Positions 29,960-39,615 of a stretch of 64,000 bases of DNA are shown here, piece by piece. Source of the stretch: an uncultured virus (IMG/VR IMGVR_UViG_3300035680_001736) (Duplodnaviria; Heunggongvirae; Uroviricota; Caudoviricetes); the IMG/VR virus record IMGVR_UViG_3300035680_001736, one strand, 5' to 3'. How positions within the stretch are numbered: the stretch's first letter is position 1; each line of letters begins with the position of its first letter. The position numbers were made by a program, and so were the translations under genes. The notes under the pieces are model-generated. The model was not told the DNA's origin and did no database searches. It was given only the letters and a program-made list of their open reading frames with translations.

Positions 29960-30552
29960 ATTTAGACTTTTTTGGAATGTCAAAAGAAGAATCTGAAAAA
30001 ATTAAAGAATTACTTTCTGATAATAGTTACGATTTTGATTATGACGAAATTTTAAAAGTTACTGGTGTAGATGTTAAAGAACTTGAAAATGATATGCTCA
30101 ATTATAAACCAAAATTAGAATTAGGGTTTATAAAATTGGTAGATGATGCAGTTTCTCCATCCTATAATTACCCATCAGATTCCGGGTTTGATTTATATTC
30201 AACCGAAGAAGTAACAATACCTCCATTTGGTAGGGTTTTGGTTCCAACAGGACTATCCTTTGATATTAAAGATGGATATGAAATTCAAGTTAGGTCAAAA
30301 AGCGGTTTGGCAATTAAACAAGGTTTAATGGTTCTTAATTCACCTGGAACTGTTGATAACGGATATACCGGAGAAGTACAAGTTATAATTTTTAATACAA
30401 ATAATCACGAGGTTCAAATACCGAAAGGAATGAAGGTGGGTCAAGCGGTTCTTTGTCCAGTTGTTAATGGCGCTTGGGTTAATTTGGTTGAACATAAAAA
30501 TGTTACCTCTAAAGATAGGGGAGATAACGGTTTTGGGAGTACAGGAATATGA
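29956..30552 (+). CDS. dut: Trimeric dUTPase with acidic N-terminal extension
   Basis: DSGFDL, RSKSGLA, GTVDNGYTGE, RGDNGFGSTG. Confidence 0.95.
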   Translation: MNLDFFGMSKEESEKIKELLSDNSYDFDYDEILKVTGVDVKELENDMLNYKPKLELGFIKLVDDAVSPSYNYPSDSGFDLYSTEEVTIPPFGRVLVPTGLSFDIKDGYEIQVRSKSGLAIKQGLMVLNSPGTVDNGYTGEVQVIIFNTNNHEVQIPKGMKVGQAVLCPVVNGAWVNLVEHKNVTSKDRGDNGFGSTGI

Positions 30553-31967
30553 TTACAATAGGATATAGTACAAGACATTCAAATCCACAATATATTGAGA
30601 TATTGAAAAAATCTTGTGGATTAAAAAATGTTGAGGTTATTGAGGTTGTTAATAATGATGAAAAGTCACTACCCCAAACTTATAATGAAATTTTAGAAAA
30701 ATCACAACATGACATTATAGTGTTGTGTCACGATGATTTAGAATTTGATACGGATAATTGGGGTAAAAAAATAATTAAACACTTTAATAAAAACCCTGAA
30801 TTTGGTGTGATTGGTCTTGCCGGCTCAAAATATTTACCCGACTCGGGTAAATGGTGGGAAGTATCTCAAACAATGTATGGTATTGTAAACCATAAACATG
30901 AAGGCAAAAAATGGACCAGCACCTATTCAAAACCAATTAGTAATGTTGAAGAAGTGGTATTGATTGATGGATTATTTATGGTTTTGGATAAAACAAAAAT
31001 CAAACACAAATTTGATGAAGAATTTGATGGATTCCATTTTTACGATTTGTCGTTTTGTGTTCCAAATTATTTAGATGGTGTTAAAATAGGAATTGTTACA
31101 GATGTTAGAGTCACTCACTTATCTGTTGGTATGATAAATGATAAATGGGAAAATAATCGAATATTTTTCTCAGAAAAATTTAAAAATAATTTACCTTTAG
31201 ATATTACTAACAATAATGTTTGTGAAACTTTCATATTTTGTCACGACCAAGATATTATAATTGATTATGAAAAATCAGGTAAATTTAGTAATTTAAAAAA
31301 ATATAGATATGTTTTTTTAGGTAATAGACCTGTTGATAAAATAGAGGATAATTCAAATATTATTATAGCTCGTAATTTACCATTTAATTTAGAGGAGTAC
31401 CCAAATATAAATGCATACACAGGATGGTATGCTTTATGGAAGAACAACTTAATAAAAACTCCATATATAAATCTATTTGAGTATGATGTTATTTTAAATA
31501 AAAATTTAGAGCAAATCATAGATAAATTTATGTATGAAAATCAAAATATGATTGGTTACATACCATTCCCTTGTTCTAATTATCATTTTATAGATAATAA
31601 AAATTGGGTTGAGGAATTATTTGGGGCAATCAAACAGGTTTATAAAGTCGACCTTGAAAAAACGATTAGATTTTATATGAGACAAAACCCTAAGTTGGTT
31701 TGGTCCACTACTAGTAATTGTACTATGAAAGTGTCGTTCTTTAATGATTATATGAAATGGTTTGAACCTCTTGCAGATTCGATTAAACACTCCAAAACCG
31801 CAGGTCATGGTCATGAGAGGTCCACAACTTTTTATTGTTTAATGTACAAACATAATCCATTTATTACTCAGGGTTTAATAAAACATTATCAAATGAACTC
31901 ACATGGAACTCAAGACCATTATGTTGATTTTGATGAAAAAATAAATGAACTAATAAATAATCAATAA
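30549..31967 (+). CDS. Two-domain glycosyltransferase (GT-A/GT2-like N-terminus plus a second GT-like domain)
   Basis: YNEIL...VLCHDD, IDGLFM, FDEEFDGFHFYD; C-terminal INLFEYD and GHGHER. Confidence 0.8.
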   Translation: MITIGYSTRHSNPQYIEILKKSCGLKNVEVIEVVNNDEKSLPQTYNEILEKSQHDIIVLCHDDLEFDTDNWGKKIIKHFNKNPEFGVIGLAGSKYLPDSGKWWEVSQTMYGIVNHKHEGKKWTSTYSKPISNVEEVVLIDGLFMVLDKTKIKHKFDEEFDGFHFYDLSFCVPNYLDGVKIGIVTDVRVTHLSVGMINDKWENNRIFFSEKFKNNLPLDITNNNVCETFIFCHDQDIIIDYEKSGKFSNLKKYRYVFLGNRPVDKIEDNSNIIIARNLPFNLEEYPNINAYTGWYALWKNNLIKTPYINLFEYDVILNKNLEQIIDKFMYENQNMIGYIPFPCSNYHFIDNKNWVEELFGAIKQVYKVDLEKTIRFYMRQNPKLVWSTTSNCTMKVSFFNDYMKWFEPLADSIKHSKTAGHGHERSTTFYCLMYKHNPFITQGLIKHYQMNSHGTQDHYVDFDEKINELINNQ

Positions 31968-32023
31968 TTTTTTTATTTACTAAAATAAAAAATTAAATAA
32001 ACTATTGTTATTAACTTAAAAAT

Positions 32024-32650
32024 ATGCTATTCAATTTATACGAACTATTAAATAAATATGAGGTAAACCCAAAAGGGGTTATACAAATTGGGGCTCATTA
32101 CGGTCAAGAAAATAAAGTGTATGAAAAATTAAACATTAAACATAGAGTTTTTTTTGAGCCAATTCGTTCAAATTTTGATATATTAAAAAAAGTTGTTGGA
32201 GAAAGTCATCAACTTTTTAACTTTGCTTTAGGTAATGTTGAAAGTAAAATGGAAATGTATGTCGAGACAATAAATCAAGGACAATCTTGCTCTATATTAA
32301 AACCTTCTAAGCACCTTATTCAGCATCCCCACATAAAATTTAATTTGAAGGAAGAGGTAGAAGTAAAAAGATTAGATGATGTAGACATTAATGTGGACAA
32401 TTTTAATATGATAATAATAGATGTTCAAGGATATGAGTTAGAAGTTTTTAAGGGTGCAAAAAAAACATTAGAGTCTATTGATTTTATTGTTTCAGAAATT
32501 AACAGAGATGAAGTTTATGAAAACTGTACTAAAATTGACGAATTAATTGGTTTTCTTTCACAATATGGTTTCGAATTAAAAGAATATCATTGGTTAGGAG
32601 GTACATATGGTGATGGATTATTCATAAAAAACAAAAAAAATAAAAAATGA
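32024..32650 (+). CDS. FkbM-family methyltransferase
   Basis: IQIGAHYG, FFEP, FALG, RLDD, IDVQGYELEV. Confidence 0.9.
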   Translation: MLFNLYELLNKYEVNPKGVIQIGAHYGQENKVYEKLNIKHRVFFEPIRSNFDILKKVVGESHQLFNFALGNVESKMEMYVETINQGQSCSILKPSKHLIQHPHIKFNLKEEVEVKRLDDVDINVDNFNMIIIDVQGYELEVFKGAKKTLESIDFIVSEINRDEVYENCTKIDELIGFLSQYGFELKEYHWLGGTYGDGLFIKNKKNKK

Positions 32651-33276
32651 ATTTAATTTTTGATATTGGAGCCAATAGAGGTCTCTTTACAGATAAATGT
32701 TTGTCCATGTATAATGATATTGAAATTATATTAATTGAGGCAAATCCTGATTTAATAGACTTTTTGGAGTCCAAATACATAGATAACAAGAAGGTTAAGA
32801 TTTTAAATTGTTTAATATCCAATGAATCTGATAAAATGATTGACTTTTATATAAGTAAAAATTATGATGTGGTCTCAACAGCTTCTTTAGGTTGGATTAA
32901 CGAATCCAGATTCACAAATAATTGTAAGTGGGACAAAGTTATAAAAGTAAAATCAAAAACTATCGATGATTTAATTTATGAATTTGGAAATCCTGATTTG
33001 ATTAAAATTGATGTGGAGGGGTACGAGTATGAAGTAATTCAAGGACTAACTAAAAAACAAAAAGACATTTGTTTTGAATGGGCCGAAGAAAAATATGATG
33101 ACGCCAACGATTGTTGTAATTACTTAGAAAAATTAGGATACGAAAATTTTGGATATATCTTTAGCGATAACTACATGGTCAAACCAAACGTATTCAGTAG
33201 ATGGTCTGAATCCTCATTTCATAAAATGATTAATAAAGATAGAAAGCTAAACTGGGGCATGATATGGGTTAATTAA
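32647..33276 (+). CDS. FkbM-family methyltransferase
   Basis: IFDIGANRG, IEANP, TIDD, IKIDVEGYE. Confidence 0.9.
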   Translation: MNLIFDIGANRGLFTDKCLSMYNDIEIILIEANPDLIDFLESKYIDNKKVKILNCLISNESDKMIDFYISKNYDVVSTASLGWINESRFTNNCKWDKVIKVKSKTIDDLIYEFGNPDLIKIDVEGYEYEVIQGLTKKQKDICFEWAEEKYDDANDCCNYLEKLGYENFGYIFSDNYMVKPNVFSRWSESSFHKMINKDRKLNWGMIWVN

Positions 33277-33281
33277 ATACT

Positions 33282-34001
33282 ATGAGTAACATTTTTTTAG
33301 TCAAAAATTTATACAATTATGAAAAAGTAATACCTCCACCGGTTAATCTTAAAACGGGAATGACTACTGTGTATATTACCGATTCTGATTATAATTGTGA
33401 AATCGCAAAATCTTTGGGGTGGGACATTGTTAAAAAAACTGATTTATTTTTAAATACTGTTGATAAGTTTAAGAGAAGAGTCCATGTTGGGTTTATAAAC
33501 ACTTTTCCTCATAAAATTGTACCTGAAATATTAGATTTTAAATTAACGTTCGTATGTGATAGTAATATCGTTTCTTTATTTAATGGATATAATAAATTTA
33601 TGGATTCTTGTAGCGAAGATAATGCATTATTTGTAACATCAGGGTATTATTCAGGTCAAAGAGATAACATGATTGAGGAATGTAAGGCATCATTATATGG
33701 TAGGTGGTCCTACAACCAAGAAGGTATTTTAAAATCAACCCAAGATTACATAGATATATTAAATTTTAAAAAAATTAACCCTTTATCGTTAAGTGTCGTG
33801 TCTGGAAAATTTTTAGGGTGGAATTTTAATCATAACAAATATGAAGAATTATCAAATTTTTTATATAAAGAATACTGTAGAAGTTTACAAGGAAATATAA
33901 TCTTAACATATATGAGTGGTTTATTTAAGGAGTCTATTTATAATCATGTTGAAAAGGATTACTCCGGTATTATTTTAAATCCTCATAATTTTGTGGCATA
34001 A
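33282..34001 (+). CDS. Hypothetical protein, possibly GT-A-like
   Basis: VYITD, PH..., VCDSN pattern loosely resembles GT-A enzymes; lies inside the glycan operon. Confidence 0.5.
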   Translation: MSNIFLVKNLYNYEKVIPPPVNLKTGMTTVYITDSDYNCEIAKSLGWDIVKKTDLFLNTVDKFKRRVHVGFINTFPHKIVPEILDFKLTFVCDSNIVSLFNGYNKFMDSCSEDNALFVTSGYYSGQRDNMIEECKASLYGRWSYNQEGILKSTQDYIDILNFKKINPLSLSVVSGKFLGWNFNHNKYEELSNFLYKEYCRSLQGNIILTYMSGLFKESIYNHVEKDYSGIILNPHNFVA

Positions 34002-34035
34002 AATCAAAACTAAATGAGGAAATTAAAAACAAAAA

Positions 34036-35013
34036 ATGAAAAAAGCTCTTATAACCGGTATTAATGGGCAAGACGGTTCATACCTTTCAGAATTTTTAAT
34101 AGAAAAAGGATATGAAGTTCATGGTATACTTAAAAGAAACTCGGTCGCGGAGAATCAGACCGCTAGATTGGATAATGTTTACGATAAAATACAATTACAT
34201 TATGGCGATTTGACCGATATGTCTTCCTTGATTTCGGTAATACAAAAAGTAATGCCTGACGAAATATATAATTTGGCAGCTCAATCTCACGTTAGAATCT
34301 CTTTTGACCAACCAATCTATACATCTCAAGTTACAGGTATTGGTACTTTAAATCTACTCGAGGCGGTTAAATTAATTAACCCGAATACTAAAATATATCA
34401 AGCATCTTCATCAGAAATGTTTGGTAATTCAATTGACATTGATGGATTCCAACGAGAATCCACTCCCATGAATCCTGTCTCACCATACGGATGTGCAAAA
34501 GTTTTTAGTTACAATATTTGTCGTAACTATAGAAATTCTTATGGAATGTTTATCTCAAATGGTATTTTGTTTAACCATGAATCACCAAGAAGAGGAACTA
34601 ATTTTGTAACAAACAAAGTATGTAAAGAGGCGGTTAAAATTAAATTAGGATTATCTAATGAATTAAAATTGGGTAATTTAGACGCTACTCGTGACTGGGG
34701 ACATGCTAAAGATTACGTAAAGGCAATGTGGGAAATTTTACAATTAGATGAGCCTGATGATTTTGTTTGTTCTACAGGGGTTTCCCATTCTGTAAGAGAA
34801 CTTGTAAATTATGTTTTTACTAGATTAGGATTACATTGGTCTGAGTATGTTAAACAAGATGAAAAGTTTTTAAGACCTGAAGAATTACATGATTTAAAAG
34901 GGGATAGCTCTAAACTTGTCAAAAAAACTGGATGGACTCACGATTACACATTTGAGTCAATGCTTGATGAGATGATTGACTATTGGATAGATTATTATAA
35001 AATTAATATATGA
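34036..35013 (+). CDS. gmd: GDP-mannose 4,6-dehydratase
   Basis: ALITGINGQDGSYL, YNLAAQSHV, YQASSSEMFG, PYGCAK, NHESPRRG, RDWGHAKDYV. Confidence 0.97.
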   Translation: MKKALITGINGQDGSYLSEFLIEKGYEVHGILKRNSVAENQTARLDNVYDKIQLHYGDLTDMSSLISVIQKVMPDEIYNLAAQSHVRISFDQPIYTSQVTGIGTLNLLEAVKLINPNTKIYQASSSEMFGNSIDIDGFQRESTPMNPVSPYGCAKVFSYNICRNYRNSYGMFISNGILFNHESPRRGTNFVTNKVCKEAVKIKLGLSNELKLGNLDATRDWGHAKDYVKAMWEILQLDEPDDFVCSTGVSHSVRELVNYVFTRLGLHWSEYVKQDEKFLRPEELHDLKGDSSKLVKKTGWTHDYTFESMLDEMIDYWIDYYKINI

Positions 35014-35732
35014 CAAGAAAAAAACCTATTTCAGTTCAAGAAGAACAGAAAAAAAATGTGAGTAGGAAAGACCAAATCACTGAAATAATTAAGAAAAAAT
35101 CAAAAGAAAAATTTCTATCCGAAAATCAAAAAAAATATTACGATTTATTAGTCAATAACCAAATAACCATTTGTTCCGGACCTGCGGGTGTTGGTAAAAG
35201 TTATATAGCAATGAAAGCCGCTTTAGATTTATTATCTGACCCTGAAACGGCATATGAAAAAATTATAATTGTAAGACCGGCCGTTGAGGCTGAAGAAAAA
35301 TTAGGTTCGTTACCTGGTAATGTTGAAGAAAAATTAGACCCTTATATTTTCCCATCTTATTACCTAATGAATAAAATCATAGGTAAGGAGGCTCGTGAAA
35401 AATTAAAACAAATAGACGTTATTGAGGTTTTCGCACTAGCTTATATGAGAGGTATGAATATCGATAATTCAATCCTTATTTTTGAGGAAGCTCAAAATTC
35501 AACGCCAAATCAAATGAAACTTTTATTGACAAGAATTGGATTCAATAGTAAATTTTTTATATCGGGAGATTTAGAACAAACCGATAGATACAAAGATAAA
35601 AGACAATCAGGTCTTTGGGACGCGATTGAAAAATTTAAAGAACTAAATGATGTTGGTGTTTTTGAATTTGATAATAAGGACATAGTTAGAAATCCTTTAA
35701 TAAGTAAAATCCTTAAAAGATACGAATCATGA
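35010..35732 (+). CDS. phoH: PhoH-like ATPase
   Basis: GPAGVGKS, RPAVE, LGSLPG, YMRG, EEAQN, TRIG, GDLEQ. Confidence 0.95.
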   Translation: MTRKKPISVQEEQKKNVSRKDQITEIIKKKSKEKFLSENQKKYYDLLVNNQITICSGPAGVGKSYIAMKAALDLLSDPETAYEKIIIVRPAVEAEEKLGSLPGNVEEKLDPYIFPSYYLMNKIIGKEAREKLKQIDVIEVFALAYMRGMNIDNSILIFEEAQNSTPNQMKLLLTRIGFNSKFFISGDLEQTDRYKDKRQSGLWDAIEKFKELNDVGVFEFDNKDIVRNPLISKILKRYES

Positions 35733-36331
35733 GAATTGGTATTGAGGTAAACGGGGTTTTGAGAAATACTTTGGGTAAAATCGAACAAACTTATCAAAAA
35801 TTCATGATTGATAAGACGGATGGGATTGAGTATGAAGATGATTTCAAATACGAAATAACTTACCCAATAGAGAATTTGGAGATTAAAAAACATTTTAATT
35901 TTAGAGATGATGATGAAATGTATTCTTTTTTATATGAAGAATTCCCTATGGAAATTTTTGGTCACTCTCAGTCATCCGAATACACGACATTTAATGATTT
36001 AAATGAAATCTATCTTAATTTAAGAGATAGTCATGAGTTATTAATTGTGTCGGATGAGATAGGTAAATCAAAACCCGCAACACTATTTTTTCTATCTAAA
36101 TTTGGATGTTTAGTTGAGAAAATTAAATTTTACAGTAATATTACTATGAACTCGATGTGGAATGAGGTGGATGTTTTACTTACATCCAACCCATCTCTAT
36201 TATTAGAGTGTCCTAAAGACAAAATAGTTATAAAATTCGAAACAGAATATAATAAAAACGTCGATTCTTTATATACTATCAGGTCTGTAAAAGAGTTCGA
36301 AGAAAAATTAAAACAAATAGTACAATGCTAA
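35729..36331 (+). CDS. HAD/5'(3')-deoxyribonucleotidase-like protein with a degenerate motif I
   Basis: MRIGIEVNGVL where DxDGVL is expected; C-terminal YN motif. Confidence 0.6.
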   Translation: MRIGIEVNGVLRNTLGKIEQTYQKFMIDKTDGIEYEDDFKYEITYPIENLEIKKHFNFRDDDEMYSFLYEEFPMEIFGHSQSSEYTTFNDLNEIYLNLRDSHELLIVSDEIGKSKPATLFFLSKFGCLVEKIKFYSNITMNSMWNEVDVLLTSNPSLLLECPKDKIVIKFETEYNKNVDSLYTIRSVKEFEEKLKQIVQC

Positions 36332-36585
36332 AAGTATTAAATGAAAATTATTATCTAGATTTAGATGAAATCGATAACTACATAAGTATACCAAATGACA
36401 CTGGTACTTCAGAAAATCATATAAGTGTAGTTAAGTACGAAATGGTCAAGTTATTGACTGAGATATTATTAACTGAAAAAGATGAAGTTGATGAAACATT
36501 AGGACCAAAAAGTTCAGACCTATCAATTCCATTTAAATTATCATTTAATACATTACTAAATAAAGGATTATTAAACAAATATTAA
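36325..36585 (+). CDS. Hypothetical protein
   Basis: 86-aa ORF coupled to its neighbours. Confidence 0.7.
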   Translation: MLKVLNENYYLDLDEIDNYISIPNDTGTSENHISVVKYEMVKLLTEILLTEKDEVDETLGPKSSDLSIPFKLSFNTLLNKGLLNKY

Positions 36586-36586
36586 T

Positions 36587-37648
36587 ATGACACAAGAACA
36601 AATTTCAAAATTAGAAAACTCAATCGAGAACATAAAGAACAAAAAATCAAGAATATACTTTATTGTTCAAGACACAAAAGGAAATGCTAAGGCTTCTGTT
36701 GCGTACATTTATAGACTTGCAATGTCACTTTTAAATTCGGGGTATAACCCAATTATATTACACGAAAAAAATGATTATACGGGAGTTTCAGGGTGGTTGG
36801 GGTCTGAATACGATGAAAAATTACCACACAGGTCAATTGAAGGTCAAAACTTAGAAGTGTCTCCAGAGGACTTTATTGTTGTACCTGAAATATTTGGTTT
36901 TATTATGAGTCAGGTTACAAAATTACCATGTGGTAAAATAGTTTTATCTCAGGCTTATGACCATGTATTGGAAACATTACAGCCAGGCGAAAATTGGAAC
37001 CAATTAGGTTTTTATAAGTGTGTTACAACATCGGAAACCCAAAAAGAATATTTGGAAAATATTATGAGAAATGTCTCTTATGATATTTTACCTCCATATA
37101 TTTCAGAAAATTTTGTGTCTCAAAAATACCCACCTAAGCCAATTATAGCCATTCATTCTAGAGAACATAGAGATAGTATCAATTTAATTAAAAACTTTTA
37201 TGTTAAGTTTCCGCAGTATAGATGGATAACATTTAAAGACATGAGAGGATTACCTGAAAAAGAATTTGCCAACACATTCCAAGATTGTTTTTTATCGGTT
37301 TGGATTGACGAAACTAGTGCTTACGGTACTTTCCCGTTAGAATCAATGAAATGTGGAGTCCCTGTGTTAGGACTAACTCCTAACTTAGTACCACAATGGA
37401 TGAACTCTGATAATGGTTTATGGGTAAATAACAAAATTCAAATGGTTGATTTTATAGCCGACTTTTTACAAAATTGGTTAGAGGATAACGTGAAAGAAGA
37501 ACTTTACACAGAAATGTTAAAAACGGTTGAAAATCTACCAACAAAAAAATATTTTGAAGAAAGGTCAGTTTCTTTATTTGAAGGGTTTATCAATACCAGA
37601 CTTATTTCATTTGAAGAACAATTAAATAAACTTATAACTGTTGAATAA
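36587..37648 (+). CDS. GT-B fold glycosyltransferase
   Basis: DFIVVPE, GTFPLESMKCGVPV (GT4-like E-x7-E region). Confidence 0.8.
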   Translation: MTQEQISKLENSIENIKNKKSRIYFIVQDTKGNAKASVAYIYRLAMSLLNSGYNPIILHEKNDYTGVSGWLGSEYDEKLPHRSIEGQNLEVSPEDFIVVPEIFGFIMSQVTKLPCGKIVLSQAYDHVLETLQPGENWNQLGFYKCVTTSETQKEYLENIMRNVSYDILPPYISENFVSQKYPPKPIIAIHSREHRDSINLIKNFYVKFPQYRWITFKDMRGLPEKEFANTFQDCFLSVWIDETSAYGTFPLESMKCGVPVLGLTPNLVPQWMNSDNGLWVNNKIQMVDFIADFLQNWLEDNVKEELYTEMLKTVENLPTKKYFEERSVSLFEGFINTRLISFEEQLNKLITVE

Positions 37649-37657
37649 TTTAAAATT

Positions 37658-38461
37658 ATGGAAAAATTTGACGTATCAGTAATATTACCAATAAAATCAT
37701 CTTCAGCTCCATGGTTTGATGATTATTTTAAAAAATGTGTGGAATCTATAAAAAATCAAAAAGTTCAAATAAATGAATTAGTTATAGTTCATTCGGATGA
37801 AACGTCTTTGGTTGAATTTTTAAATTCGTTTGATTTTGGAGACTTAAATGTACTCAAAGTTAAATGGAACGATGAACCTAATTATGCAAAACAAATAAAT
37901 CTTGGGGTACGGTCTAGTTCGTCCCAATGGATTTCACTATTTGAGTTTGACGATGAGTATTCATCTATTTGGTTTAAAAATGTAAAAAAATACTCGGAAA
38001 TTTATAAAGACGTTGATGCTTTTTTACCGGTTGTGATTGACACCGATGAAAAAGGTTTATTTGTTGGTTTTACCAATGAAGCAACTTTCGCACTTAATAT
38101 GACTTCAGAAATTGGTTATTTAAGTAACGATACATTACATCAATTCCAAAATTTCCAAACTTCAGGTATGGTAATTAAGAAAAGTGTCTTCGTAGATTAC
38201 GGTTTGATGAAACCATCATTTAAGCTGACATTTGGATATGAATTCTTTTTAAGAATGACGTATAATTCAGTTAAAATTATGACCATACCAAAGATTGGTT
38301 ATAAACATACAAATTTTAGAACAGGTTCTATTTTTTGGAACTACAAGAATGGTGAGACAAGTTTAGTTGAGGACGAAGTTAAATTTTGGATAGAATCGGC
38401 AAAAAAGGAATATTTCTTTATCAATGACAGAGCCATAAAATATGAGTCAACCAATTCTTGA
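37658..38461 (+). CDS. GT2-like glycosyltransferase
   Basis: VSVILP, ESIKNQ, INLG, FEFDDEY. Confidence 0.8.
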   Translation: MEKFDVSVILPIKSSSAPWFDDYFKKCVESIKNQKVQINELVIVHSDETSLVEFLNSFDFGDLNVLKVKWNDEPNYAKQINLGVRSSSSQWISLFEFDDEYSSIWFKNVKKYSEIYKDVDAFLPVVIDTDEKGLFVGFTNEATFALNMTSEIGYLSNDTLHQFQNFQTSGMVIKKSVFVDYGLMKPSFKLTFGYEFFLRMTYNSVKIMTIPKIGYKHTNFRTGSIFWNYKNGETSLVEDEVKFWIESAKKEYFFINDRAIKYESTNS

Positions 38462-39210
38462 TGACCGAAGAATTCAACAACGATGGAACTGCAAATATCG
38501 AGTTGAAGAAGAAAGGAAGGAAACCAAAACAAGCGAACTACTTTGATGTAAGAGAAGAAATGGCGGTTATAAGATTTTTATCCGCCGATACATTTGAGGA
38601 GAAAAACCAAATTTATAACGAATACCTAAGAAAACCTTTAGATAAGATGATATCTTCGATAATAAGGAGATATAAACTTTACCGAAAAGATATGAATTTT
38701 ACAGAAATTCATATTGATACACACTCGTTTTTAATGACCAAAATAGATAAGTTTAAGCCGGCTAAAGAAAAAAAGGCTTATTCATATTTTGGTACAATCT
38801 GTAAAAATTATCTTATGGGTCAAATTATAAAAGACCAAAAAGATATGAACAGAAAGATATCTTATGAAGACATCTCAACTGATTTGGAAAATAACCCGAG
38901 TTTTTCATACAGTATTGATAATGATTCATTGGATTCAGAAACGATTATCAAAAATTTTATAACTCAAATAGAGTTATTAATTGAGGATGAAACATTAAAT
39001 GAAAATGAGTTAAAATTAGGTCACGCTTTATATGAAATTTTTCAAAATTATGATGATATATTCATAGGGACTTCAAATAATAAGTTTAATAAAAATATTA
39101 TTTTATTATCACTTAGGGAAATGACTAATTTGAGTACCAAAGAAATTAGAAGCTCTATGAAAAAATATAAAGTTATCTATTATGGGTTGGTTCAAGGTAT
39201 GTTAAAATAA
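38458..39210 (+). CDS. Phage sigma-factor-like protein (T4 gp55-like region 2)
   Basis: NYF...; KIDKFKPAKEKKAYSYFGTICKNYL resembles the sigma region 2.3-2.4 F-D-P...F/Y-x-Y-F pattern. Confidence 0.6.
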   Translation: MMTEEFNNDGTANIELKKKGRKPKQANYFDVREEMAVIRFLSADTFEEKNQIYNEYLRKPLDKMISSIIRRYKLYRKDMNFTEIHIDTHSFLMTKIDKFKPAKEKKAYSYFGTICKNYLMGQIIKDQKDMNRKISYEDISTDLENNPSFSYSIDNDSLDSETIIKNFITQIELLIEDETLNENELKLGHALYEIFQNYDDIFIGTSNNKFNKNIILLSLREMTNLSTKEIRSSMKKYKVIYYGLVQGMLK

Positions 39211-39235
39211 AAAATACGTTTAGATATTTATTATC

Positions 39236-39610
39236 ATGGCCAGACCACAAAAAAAAGAAATTAATTTAACTCAAGAATCTATACTTGCTCTTATGCAAGA
39301 AATCTACAATGAATTAGTAGAACAAAGAAATACCGCTATTAGAATTCAAAACAAAATGCTTTCGTTAATGAAGGAGACCGAGGACATGACAGTTCTTGGT
39401 CCTATCATTAAAGAACAACAAAAAATCATAAATGATTGTGTTGAGAAAAAACTAAGTTTATCAAAATTACAGTCAAGTATCTGGGAAAAAACTAGCGCTT
39501 CTAAAGAATCTTTTACCTTATCAGATATAGATGTTGACGATGAGGTAATTCAAAGTTTAATGGAGAAGGATTTATCTAAAATGGATGAACCATATAAAAT
39601 GAAAAAATAA
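39236..39610 (+). CDS. Hypothetical helical protein
   Basis: 124-aa ORF with GATATTTAT immediately upstream. Confidence 0.7.
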   Translation: MARPQKKEINLTQESILALMQEIYNELVEQRNTAIRIQNKMLSLMKETEDMTVLGPIIKEQQKIINDCVEKKLSLSKLQSSIWEKTSASKESFTLSDIDVDDEVIQSLMEKDLSKMDEPYKMKK

Positions 39611-39615
39611 TTATT

